The notes under the pieces are model-generated. The model did not search any database. It was not told the origin of the DNA and saw only the letters and a program-made list of their open reading frames with translations. This document shows positions 24,201-34,270 of a stretch of DNA of 64,000 nt, one piece after another. Both the position numbers and the translations under genes were made by a program. The stretch is from Azolla caroliniana. Lineage: Eukaryota; Plantae; Polypodiophyta. Each line of letters opens with the position of its first letter. The stretch's first letter is position 1. The stretch lies in the NCBI GenBank assembly GCA_043228905.1, contig JBHGNT010000003.1, forward strand, positions 21,390,001 to 21,454,000, given 5' to 3'.

Positions 24201-24299
24201 GACTCAGCAGCAAAACCCCCATCACCAACCCCACCTTCTGAGCAGCCTGACCAACCCCACGCCCTCGAGGATATCCTCGGCATATTAGAAGAGGATTAA
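21268..24299 (+). pseudogene. G1 3' accessory ORF (about 1000 codons, broken): globular N-domain, Pro-rich linker, coiled coil
   Basis: Fragments are collinear with G2 51663-55143 (HPDA..IAR, YFG.YS.S.KAY, VDWG.IT, RKEGRGFYK, terminal ILEED*). Confidence 0.85.
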
Positions 24300-24383
24300 A
24301 ACGAACCCTTAAACCCCCTTGTATAAAGGGCAATTTTGTAAAATTTTGGCAAACTCTGTTGTTATCCATCCACTTTGTGAATC

Positions 24384-24425
24384 GTGGGCCCGACGGACAA
24401 AGTCCTGTCCCACGGGCGTGCCAGG
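24384..24425 (+). other. tRNA-Arg 3'-half-like structured element at the PPT position of G1
   Basis: GTGGG-CCCGA-C-GGAC-AAA-GTCC-T-GT-CCCAC-GGGCGTG-CCA-GG, then LTR TGTTG. A homologue lies at 51616-51658 on the minus strand. Confidence 0.75.
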
Positions 24426-24927
24426 TGTTGTCCATAGGCTAGAAATATAAATACAAAATATGTAAACTCACCGGTAGGTAGAAAAGTAGATAAGGAAATA
24501 GGTAGAACAAAATTAGTCGAGTTTTGAGCTCCTCACAATCAGTCGACGGCTCGGCTCTGTGTAAAGAAGAAAACTATATAAACCGAGATCTGGATACCTC
24601 GAGAGGGGGAGATATATAGATTATTTAGCAGGATCAATATCGTAGCACTAAGCTATGCACAAAACTGTTTCCGGCTGAGAGTCGTGTACTGTAATCACTG
24701 TGAGCTTTCTCATTTAATATAAATCTCGCTCTTACTGTTCCTTCATCTGTGTATTCTCCCCGTACTCGTAAACCGAGCTACATCTACGTCTACCGGGTTG
24801 TAGCCAATGTATGCTCCTTGTTCCCCTAACGTCTTCTCGGTGTAGAAGAAGCCTCCACGTAACACGACCCCTTGATACTGATAACCTATGGGCTCATCGA
24901 AGGTGTTTCCTCCAGAAACGGTTAACA
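24426..24927 (+). repeat. G1 3' LTR (502 bp)
   Basis: TGTTG...TAACA. The 3' end matches 525-621. The start is placed by analogy with G2, whose LTR ends are fixed by its LTR pair and TSD. Confidence 0.85.
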
Positions 24928-24944
24928 CTGGCTACTCGAGCATA

Positions 24945-25782
24945 TAACCATGGGGAACCTAAAGCAAGGAGGATGTTATTGCCATGTGAGGAGACGCCTC
25001 AATTTTTTTTGTAGGTTTCCTTTTGTATTTCAACTTCAAGGGAAATAGAGCTCATTAGATAAATCAAAGTTCTTTGGCTCGTGGGCTCCACTCAATTGTG
25101 AACTTGGCCAAATCTCGGGCATATGACCAAGGGGAACCTAAAGCAAGGAGGATGTTATTGCCATGTGAGGGGACTCTTCAAACTTTTTTGTAGGTTTCCT
25201 TTTGTATTTCCACTTCAAGGGAAATTGAGCTCATTAGATCAATCAAAGTTCTTTGGCTCGTGGGCTCCACTCAATTGTGGACTTGGCCAAATCTTGGGCT
25301 CTTAAGAGTCCGGGATTCAAGCTTCTCATGGGCTTGAGCGAGTTAGGTATTCAAGCCTCTCATGGGATCTAGGTTAATCATAGGTTTGACGCCTCAATTT
25401 TTTTTGTAGGTTTCCTTTTGTATTTCCACTTCAAGGGAAATAGAGCTCATTAGATAAATCAAAGTTCTTTGGCTCGTGGGCTCCACTCAATTGTGAACTT
25501 GGCCAAATCTCGGGCATATGACCAAGGGGAACCTAAAGCAAGGAGGATGTTATTGCCATGTGAGGGGACTCTTCAAACTTTTTTGTAGGTTTCCTTTTGT
25601 ATTTCCACTTCAAGGGAAATTGAGCTCATTAGATCAATCAAAGTTCTTTGGCTCGTGGGCTCCACTCAATTGTGGACTTGGCCAAATCTTGGGCTCTTAA
25701 GAGTCCGGGATTCAAGCTTCTCATGGGCTTGAGCGAGTTAGGTATTCAAGCCTCTCATGGGATCTAGGTTAATCATAGGTTT
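24945..25782. repeat. hierarchical tandem repeat: two 395-bp copies built from ~180-bp subunits
   Basis: 24993-25387 is repeated at 25388-25782. GGGGAACCTAAAGCAAGGAGG recurs near 24952, 25131 and 25526. Confidence 0.9.
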
Positions 25783-26864
25783 GGCCCTCTCATGGGCTCA
25801 TGGTCTCATAAGTTCTGCCCTCTAGTGGGCTCAATGCTCTTGGTGGCTCCTTGTGGCAACCACCATGATTTCTCTCCTCCCTCGTCTCTCTCACAAACAA
25901 ACAAAGGCTTAGTGTGGTGAACACATGATTAAGGTTAAATACAAGAGTATAGCACAAAAAAACCCTCATTTAAGACCAAATAAATATTGTTTACAAACAG
26001 AAAGCCCTTTATAGAATAGGGTACATAAAATGAACATCACAATTACAATGTTTTTTTACAAAATGATCACCAACCTTAAACAAGAGAAACAAACATAAGA
26101 AGTGACCAAGCTCTGTGAAGATCCAAACTTCGTGGTGTTGTTGAGGCTTCGACTACCGTTGACGACAATGAAGATGTCTGTAGATGTTGTCTCTTCGGGT
26201 CATTTAATACTCCGTCTACGGTTGATGGTCGAGCTCCAACAAAAGAAGGAGAAGAATCAGTTGAAAGAGAAGTGGTACTTTGGTGAATCTGTCTTAAATT
26301 GGCATATCATCCGCAAATCAATGACTAATTTGAGTGGATTAACCAAAATCTTGAAGTATACCTTTGGTGCTCTTTTTGTTACCAACAAAATGATTGGGTC
26401 AACCTACTCCCAATGACAAAGTGCTCACAACAACTTGCTTCATGGGTCAACCAAAGTTGCCCCATTCTTTGCTAAATATGGCTTACACCATCACTTTATC
26501 AAATTTTACATCCCCTCCAACATTGTAAGCCCTTTGGAAGAAGAACAAGCTCGAAAACTGGAGTCCATCCATCATGAGCTATTCTTGGAGCTCAACCTTA
26601 CCAACGAATGATACAAGGACCATGCCAACCGTCATCAATTAGATCCCCCCAGTGTTGAACTCAGTGATTTGGTTTGACTCCTATGCTCAAAACTTTTGCC
26701 ACCACTTGCCTTTGCATGAAAGATCATGCCAACCATCATTGATTAGATACCCCTAGTGTTGAAGCCAATGATTTGGTTTGGCTCCTATGCTCAACATTTT
26801 GTCACCACTCGCCATTGCACGAAGCTGGACTACAAGAAGTGGCGACGTTTCCGAATAATCAACA

Positions 26865-27413
26865 TGTTGGGAAACAGGTCCCTCCGGATGGGAAGGGAGA
26901 AGATCAGTGCCGATGAACCGAGGCCGAAACTGTATGAGGTGGACTCGGCCACGGAGAGCCGGATGATGCAGACCCGGTGAAGACCGGATGAGGAGTACCC
27001 GGCTACGGAGAGCCGGATGGTACAGACCCGGTATGAACCGGATGAGGAGTACCCGGCCACGGAGAGCCGGATGATGCAGACCCGGTGAAGACCGGATGAG
27101 GAGTACTCGGCCACGGAGAGCCGGATGATGCAGACCCGGTGAAGACCGGATGAGGAGTACCCGGCTATGGAGAGCCGAATGATGCAGACCCGGTGAAGAC
27201 CGGATGAGGAGTACCCGGCTACGGAGAACCGGATGAAGAGACATATTCGTAAATAGGTTTTCTGATAGTCCATCGAGGCTATATTTGTAAATAGCCGAAA
27301 AGTCATATTAGTATAAATATGACTTAGGGCAAACTTTTAGTAACTGTTGTTACTGCTGTTGTTGTAGTTGTTGTCATTCTTGTGTGTGCAAGAATAGAGA
27401 GTGTGCGTAATTG

Positions 27414-27462
<49 letters not shown>

Positions 27463-27733
27463 GCCGTTACCTCTGTTGTAACCGCCGCCTGTGGCGAAGA
27501 TCTGTGAGCACGAGGTCGGTGCCTCAGTGAACTCACTGTTGTACATTTTTTACATAGTGACAGTTTGCAGCCTGTGGGCTGCCGTGGTTTTTCCCCTAGT
27601 TTGGGGTTTTCCACATAAACCTCCTGTGTATTCTCTCCTTCTTTGTGTCGCGTTTTATTTCCCGTTTTCTGTGTATCATTCTAAGCTCGGTTGTGGCCGA
27701 GCGTTGCGCATAAGGAGCCTTGAGCTCCCGTCA
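26865..27733 (+). repeat. copia D 5' LTR (869 bp) with five 54-bp tandem units and (GA)n
   Basis: Unit CGGCCACGGAGAGCCGGATGATGCAGACCCGGTGAAGACCGGATGAGGAGTACC. Confidence 0.93.
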
Positions 27734-27761
27734 AGTGGTATCAGAGCGAGCGACACAGAAA

Positions 27762-30700
27762 ATGGACAATTCGTTTGGCGGCATGTTCAAGCTCACCGGC
27801 TCCAACTATTCAGTGTGGAAGTCAAAGATGAGGGACATGCTCGTGGTTAAAGATCTCTAACTGCCGGTTCAGTTCGGGGACAAGAGACCAGACAAAATCG
27901 ACGCTGCGATATGGGAGGTGATGCACATGAAGACAACGGCGTACATACGGTGCTTCATTGACATGAGCTTGTACAACAACTTCAATGAAGAGAGCAAGGC
28001 TCATGAGCTCTGGGAGAAGATCGGCATAATGTTTCAAAACAAAAATGTTGTTAACCAGGTTTCGGTATTCCGGAAGCTAGTAAGACTCCGGTATCAAGAT
28101 GGCTCCAGCATGGCGGAGCATATGAATGCCTTCCAGGGGCTGATACACCAGGCAACTTCATTAGAAGTACCTCTCGTCGATGAGGTACTTGCGCTACTCC
28201 TGCTCGGTTCCCTCCCGGATAGCTGGGAGACGTTGGTTGTCACTTTGGGCAACGCCGGGCCGGAAGGAAAACGGTTATCCCTAGCAAGAGTAAAGTCGAG
28301 CTTGCTAGATGAGGAGGCGTGTCGGAAAGACAAAGATACGGAAGACATAGAATCGGAACGCGGAAGACATAGAAACCGTAGTCCCCAGAACCGGGAGGAG
28401 TCGGGGACACGATCAAAGTCAAGGGGAAGGCCTACTTGCTTCTATTGTGGCAAACCGGGGCACTTCCAGAAGAACTGTCGGCATTTCCGGAAAGACAAGG
28501 AAATCAACGGTACCGATTCGAAGCGGACACCGGACCGGAACGGTAAAGACCGGAGGGGGCCGGACCGGAAGGGAACGACGGCAATCGCGGCAAGTGAAGA
28601 TGAGTTGATGCTCATCACTGAGGAGAGTGAGATAAACCTTGCCGGCGACGAGATGACCTGGGTGGTAGACTCCGGAGCGTTGTTCCACCTTACCCCGGAC
28701 CGGAAATGCTTCTCATCCTACTCAGCCGGTGATCACGGTTGTGTCCGGATGGGGAATGAAGGAACATGCCGAATTGTCGGCATAGGAGACGTGTGGCTAA
28801 CAACACCAACCGGATGCAAGTTGCTGTTGAAGGATGTCCGACACGTTCCGGAGGTTCGTGTGAACCTGATATCAGCCGGTCGGCTAGATGATGAAGGCTA
28901 CACGGGTAGCATCCGGAACGATGTCATGAAGTTCAACAAAGGGAGCCTGATTGTGGCTTGGGCCCGGAAGGTAAACACACTGTACCTGATGAATGCCCGG
29001 TTATGTCCGGAAGAAGTGAATGTGGCATCCGACACTGCCGGTGAGCTGTGGCACAAGAGGCTGTGTCATATGAGCGAGAAGGGGATGAAGAGGCTTGCAG
29101 ACGACAACCTCATTCCAGTGAAGAACCTGCACTTAGAGAAGTGCACTGATTGTCTGGCCGGTAAGCAGAACCGGACCTCCTTCCGACCAAGGCTACCGAT
29201 GAGACGTAATGCACCACTAGAGTTGGTGCATACGGATGTGTGTCAAGTAGACACGAAGTCACATGCCGGAGCGCAGTACTTTGTGACGTTCATAGATGAC
29301 CACAACCGGAAGCTGTGGGCCACACCACTGAAGACGAAGGATCAGGTGTTATCCGTCTTCAAAGAGCTCCACGCGAGAGTGGAAAGAGAAACCGGCCGGA
29401 AGTTGAAGGCGGTTCGAGCAGATAACGGAGGAGAATACCGGGGGCAGTTCGAGGAGTACTGCCGCTCGAAGGGAATCTGGCTCGAATTTACCATGCCGAA
29501 GACGCCGGAACTAAACGGACTGGCCGAGAGGATGAACCGGACCATAATGGAGAGGGTCCGGAGTATCCTAGCACATGCAAAACTACCCAAGAAGTTTTGG
29601 GCTGAGGCACTGTCGACGGCGACATATGTGATTAATATATCACCCTTAGTACCCTTGGACGGAGACACGCCACAGAGAGTGTGGACCGGTAAGGAAGTGT
29701 CCTACCGGCATCTGAAGGTGTTCGGGTGTCTCGCGTACGTGCATGTAGCTAAGGACCGGAGAGGAAAGTTAGAACCAAAGACCCATCCATGCATATTCCT
29801 CGGTTACGGTGACGATGAGTTCGGCTACCGAGTGTGGGACCCGATCGACAAGAAGGTATTCCGGAGTCAAGATATTATCTTCATGGAGGACAAGACGCTC
29901 GCCGACTGGGAGTCGGAGAAGAAGATAATGAACTCCGAGTTGACCGGTAAGGATCGACTCTACGATGAGCAGACCCAACCGGCGAGAGACCGGTTAGCAC
30001 TCGAGGAACCAGCCGGTTACGGTGAGGATACCGAACCGGCAGAATAAGAAGTAGAGGAAGGTGAGACCGGAACCGGCCTAGACCCCGAATCAGATTCAGA
30101 TGAAGAGCAAATGGAGGAGCCGGTTACCGAAGCCCGAAGTCGTAGATATCCTCTCTGAGAGAGAAGGCCCCCCCGAAGATTTCCGGATGCAGAGCATGTG
30201 CTGCTGACCGATGAGGGGGAGTCGGAAAGCTTCGAAGAAGTGAAGGAAGACACCCACATCTGAAAATGGTTAAGTGCCATGCAGGACGAGATGGATTCCC
30301 TGCATGAGAACCATACGTACGAATTGGTGGAGTTGCCGAAAGGAAAGCGGGCACTCCGAAACAAGTGGGTGTACAAGTTGAAACCGGGAGATGCCGGAAA
30401 CCCCCCGAGATACAAAGCCAGGATCGTGGTGAAGGGGTTCCAGCAGAAGAAGGGCGTGGACTTCGACGAGATATTTGCCCCGGTAGTAAAGATGACCTCC
30501 ATCCGGACGGTGCTGAGTATAGCGGCAAGCATGGACCTTGAGGTAGAGCAGTTGGACGTGAAGACGACATTCCTTCACGGCGACCTCGAAGAGGAGATCT
30601 ACATGCAGCAACCGGAAGGATTTGTGGAGAACGGGAAGGAGCACCTGGTATGCCGGCTGAAGAAGAGCCTGTACGGACTAAAGCAGGCTCCCCGACAATG

Positions 30701-31790
30701 GTATCAGAAGTTCGATTCCTTCATGACCGATCAAGGATACCACAAGATGCAGGCCGATCACTGCGTGTTTGTGAAGAAGTTCGAAGGAGGCGACTTCTTG
30801 ATACTCCTCCTGTACGTGGATGACATGTTGATCGTTGGACGTGACCAAGTTAAAATACGGATGCTGAAGAAGGCTCTCAACCGGACCTCCTCAATGAAAG
30901 ACTTGGGTCCGGCAAGACAGATGCTAGGGATGCACATCATTCGGGACCGGTCAAAGAAGCAATTATGGCTGTCACAGGAGAAGTACGTGACAAAGGTGCT
31001 TCACCGGTTCAACATGTCAGAAGTGAAACCGGTCGGATCGACACTTCCGGCAAACTGCAGGCTATCCGGTAAGCAGAGCCCGAGGACGAAAGCAGAGAAG
31101 GCGGATATGATGAAGATTCCATATGCCTCTGCCGTCGGGAGCTTGATGTACGCAATGGTGTGTACCCAACCGGATATAGGATACGCAGTCGGAGTGGTGA
31201 GCCGGTTCATGAGTAATCCCGACAAGGAGCACTGGAACGCGGTCAAATGAATACTCCGGTATTTGAAGGGCACTTCAAATATGTGTCTCCGATTCGGCTC
31301 CGGAAAACCTCAACTAGACGGTTTCACCGATTCGGACATGTCGGCTGATGTGGATACCAGCCGGTCTACATCCGGGTATGTAATGACATATGCAGGGGGA
31401 GCTGTTTCATGGCAGTCGAGGCTGCAGAAGATGGTTGCATTGTCAACCACAGAGGCGGAGTACATGGCGGCTATGGAAGCCGGCAAGGAAATATTATGGA
31501 TGAAGGACTTCATCGGAGAGCTCGGTATCCGGCAAGAGGAATACCGACTCTATTGCGATAGTCAAAGTGCCATCCACCTTGCTAAGAATGCGGCCTACCA
31601 TTCTCGGACGAAGCATATCCAGCGAAGATATCACTGGATCCGGGAAAGAGTAGATGACCAGGAGTTCGCGCTGACAAAGATCCACACAGCCGAGAACGGG
31701 TCAGATATGCTGACCAAAGTGTTGACACCCGACAAGCTGAACGCATGCCGGAAGAAGATCAGGCTGGTAAGACACCCCATGCCGGAGTGA
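27762..31790 (+). pseudogene. copia D gag-pol with several in-frame stops
   Basis: MDNSFGGMFKLTGSNYSVWK start, all copia motifs present, stops near 27858, 30045, 30156, 30261 and 31248. Confidence 0.93.
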
Positions 31791-31800
31791 AGGGGGAGTT

Positions 31801-32738
31801 TGTTGGGAAATAGGTCCCTCCGGATGGGAAGGGAGAAGATCAGTGCCGATGAACAAACTCGGCCACGGAGAGCCGGATGATGCAGACCCGGTGAAGACCG
31901 GATGAGGAGTACCCGGCTACGGAGAGCCGGATGGTACAGACCCGGTATGAACCAGATGAGGAGTACCCGGCCACGGAGAGCCGGATGATGCAGACCCGGT
32001 GAAGACCGGATGAGGAGTACCCGGCTACGGAGAGCCGGATGGTACAGACCCGGTATGAACCAGATGAGGAGTACCCGGCCACGGAGAGCCGGATGATGCA
32101 GACCCGGTGAAGACCGGATGAGGAGTACCCGGCCACAGAGAGCCGGATGATGCAGACCCGGTGAAGACCGGATGAGGAGTACCCGGCTACGGAGAGCCGG
32201 ATGATGCAGACCTGGTGAAGACCGGATGAGGAGTACCCGGCTACGGAGAACCGGATGAAGAGAGACATATTCGTAAATAGGTTTTCTGATAGTCCATCGA
32301 GGCTATATTTGTAAATAGCCGAAAAGTCATATTAGTATAAATATGACTTAGGGCAAACTTTTAGTAACTGTTGTTACTGTTGTTGTTGTAGTTGTTGTCA
32401 TTCTTGTGTGTGCAAGAATAGAGAGTGTGCGTAACTGTACAGAGAGAGAGAGAGAGAGAAAGAGGTCGTTGCCTCTGTTGTAACCGCCGCCGCCTGTGGC
32501 GAAGATCTGTGAGCACGAGGTCGGTGCCTCAGTGAACTCACTGTTGTACATTTTTTACATAGTGACAGTTTGCAGCCTGTGGGCTGCCGTGGTTTTTCCC
32601 CTAGTTTGGGGTTTTCCACGTAAACCTCCTGTGTATTCTCTCCTTCTTTGTGTCGCGTTTTATTTCCCGTTTTCTGTGTATCATTCTAAGCTCGGTTGTG
32701 GCCGAGCGTTGCGCATAAGGAGCCTTGAGCTCCCGTCA
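31801..32738 (+). repeat. copia D 3' LTR (938 bp) with seven 54-bp tandem units
   Basis: Pairs with 26865-27733. Confidence 0.93.
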
Positions 32739-33088
32739 CAACAAAATCAACCTGATTGTTTTCCACTTAGAAATCCTTTTACATTTTAGGATTCATAATG
32801 TCTTCCATGTATCCATTCTTAAACCTCGCCATCCATCTTGGATTCCAAGATGCCATCCTTCTCCTCCTAAACTAGTCAAATTGTTAACAAGGGAGGAGTA
32901 TGAGGTGAACACGATACTTGACTCTCGCCTTGTTCATTGTTTTATTGAAAGGGTACCCCATCTCGAACATGGGATCCAACCAAGGATTTAAAGAATTCCA
33001 CTGATGTAGTCTACAATTTTCATTAATGATATTTGCACAAGCTGAAGCCAAGACATAGTCTTGGAGGTCGGCCTTAGAGGGAGGATAA

Positions 33089-33454
33089 TGTCACATATAG
33101 AAAGCAAACTTCCAAAGTCTCATGAAATAACCAAGGGTCATATGCACCTCCATGCATCATATGGTTCTAGCAAAATACTTCTATTATAAGATAGTTGTAC
33201 ATTTAGAGTTTTGTCATTCTAGAAATATCTAGAAATATCTAGAAAGTTCTTGAAACTTCCTGAGCATGTGTTGAGAAACTTCTAGATCATGCATGCACAT
33301 GCAGTGCTTAGGAGCATGTATAAATATGATTATTCATCTTGATCCCAATCAAGGTGAACAACACCAGTTACAATTCTTTCTTTCTCTCCCAGTATCTTGT
33401 TGCTTGTCTCACATTCCTTGTCCCCTTTCTATGATGCTCTAAATATCTGTGACA
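33089..33454 (+). repeat. chromovirus 3' LTR
   Basis: TGTCACA...TGTGACA 7-bp inverted termini, preceded by a purine tract, TATAAAT inside. Confidence 0.75.
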
Positions 33455-34270
33455 AAACACTACATTGTTTTTTTTTGTGTGGACTCCAAAAAAGCCTTTG
33501 ACACCATACCAAGGAGTGAGATTTGGAAAAGAATGATGGAGACCTAAATGCTATTAGCGTATATAGAAGTTGTAGCATGATTATGTGGCAAGTTATGCAT
33601 TAATTGGAAATGGATAATGGTTTCATGAAGTACTTCTTCAAGCAATGGTACCTTCTCTCGCCCATACTCTTTGGTCTATGCATTGATAAACTTGAAGAAA
33701 TAGTAAACAAGGTTGCAAAAGCAAAAAGATTGGATGGTCCACAACTCATGCATGGGATTACTTTTTTACCCTCATATGCTGATGAAGTAACTTTATTCTC
33801 ATATAATTTGGATGATATGCAGGTTCTCTTAAAAAACCAAAGAACGTAGTTGATCGCCTTCAAATCCGAGATGTACATGTTGAAAAAGTATTGAATGACT
33901 CCTAACTATGACCTAAGAGGGTTTGTTTCCGAATAGAGCTACTTTCGTTGTTGCTTATGGATATGGATACCTTGCAATGTGTCTAAGGAATAGATTGTAA
34001 TTGCTGGACTGTTTTCTCTATGTTGGAGTACATAGTTTTGTTTCCTCGACCGTTGTCTACACAAGATGGGCTTGGGAAAAAATACTTTGTATAATGTAAC
34101 CATTATGACATTTCTTTATAACTAATGGAAGGATAATTTGTTTTGAAAAAATAAATTGGATGATATGCAATACTTAATGTATTGGACACATTTTGTTAGT
34201 GGGCCAATTGTTAACGTGGACAAAACAAAAGTGGTGGCACTAAATACAATATAGGCAAGACACAAACCCA
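33455..34270 (+). pseudogene. degenerate LINE reverse transcriptase fragment
   Basis: VDSKKAFDTIPR, KQ..LLSPILFGLCIDKL, SYADE, VNVDKTKVV. Confidence 0.7.

Larger units (their letters stand above)
525..24927 (+). mobile_element. Ty3/gypsy non-chromovirus LTR retrotransposon G1 (Athila/Tat/Phygy/Selgy-like), degenerate, host of nested insertions
   Basis: 525-621 matches 24831-24927 (LTR pair). Domain order gag-PR-RT-RH-INT. Integrase ends GPFWI...VNGFRLRPY with no chromodomain. Reading frames rejoin across each insertion. Confidence 0.92.
26865..32738 (+). mobile_element. Ty1/copia element D (pol closely related to B and C)
   Basis: TSD CAACA at 26860-26864 and 32739-32743. LTRs at 26865-27733 and 31801-32738. 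PBS-Met at 27736-27747. PPT before 31801. Confidence 0.96.
26280..33454 (+). mobile_element. degenerate chromovirus (Ty3/gypsy) 3' remnant: integrase, chromodomain, PPT and LTR, split by copia D
   Basis: AYHPQ...QQNDWVNLLP, KLDYKK, IHNVFHVSILKP, EEYEVNTILDSR. Purine tract near 33076-33088, LTR at 33089-33454. Confidence 0.8.

Noticed and set aside
24286-24300. GAAGAGGATTAA shared by G1 and G2 as the real PPT
   Set aside because: It lies about 125 nt (G1) and about 45 nt (G2) from the LTR and encodes the conserved EED* terminus of the accessory ORF. It is not fully excluded.
24384-24423. Bona fide tRNA gene or known ribozyme
   Set aside because: No D-arm, anticodon arm or 5' acceptor strand is visible, and no hammerhead core (CUGANGA/GAAA) is present.
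25830-26280. Segment between the tandem repeat and the chromovirus remnant
   Set aside because: It may be the 3' end of a minus-strand element, but no diagnostic motif was seen.
26946-27230. 54-bp repeat array as a CRISPR array or repeat protein gene
   Set aside because: There are no unique spacers, the context is eukaryotic, and the array lies in LTR U3. The ORFs are by-products of a unit length divisible by 3.
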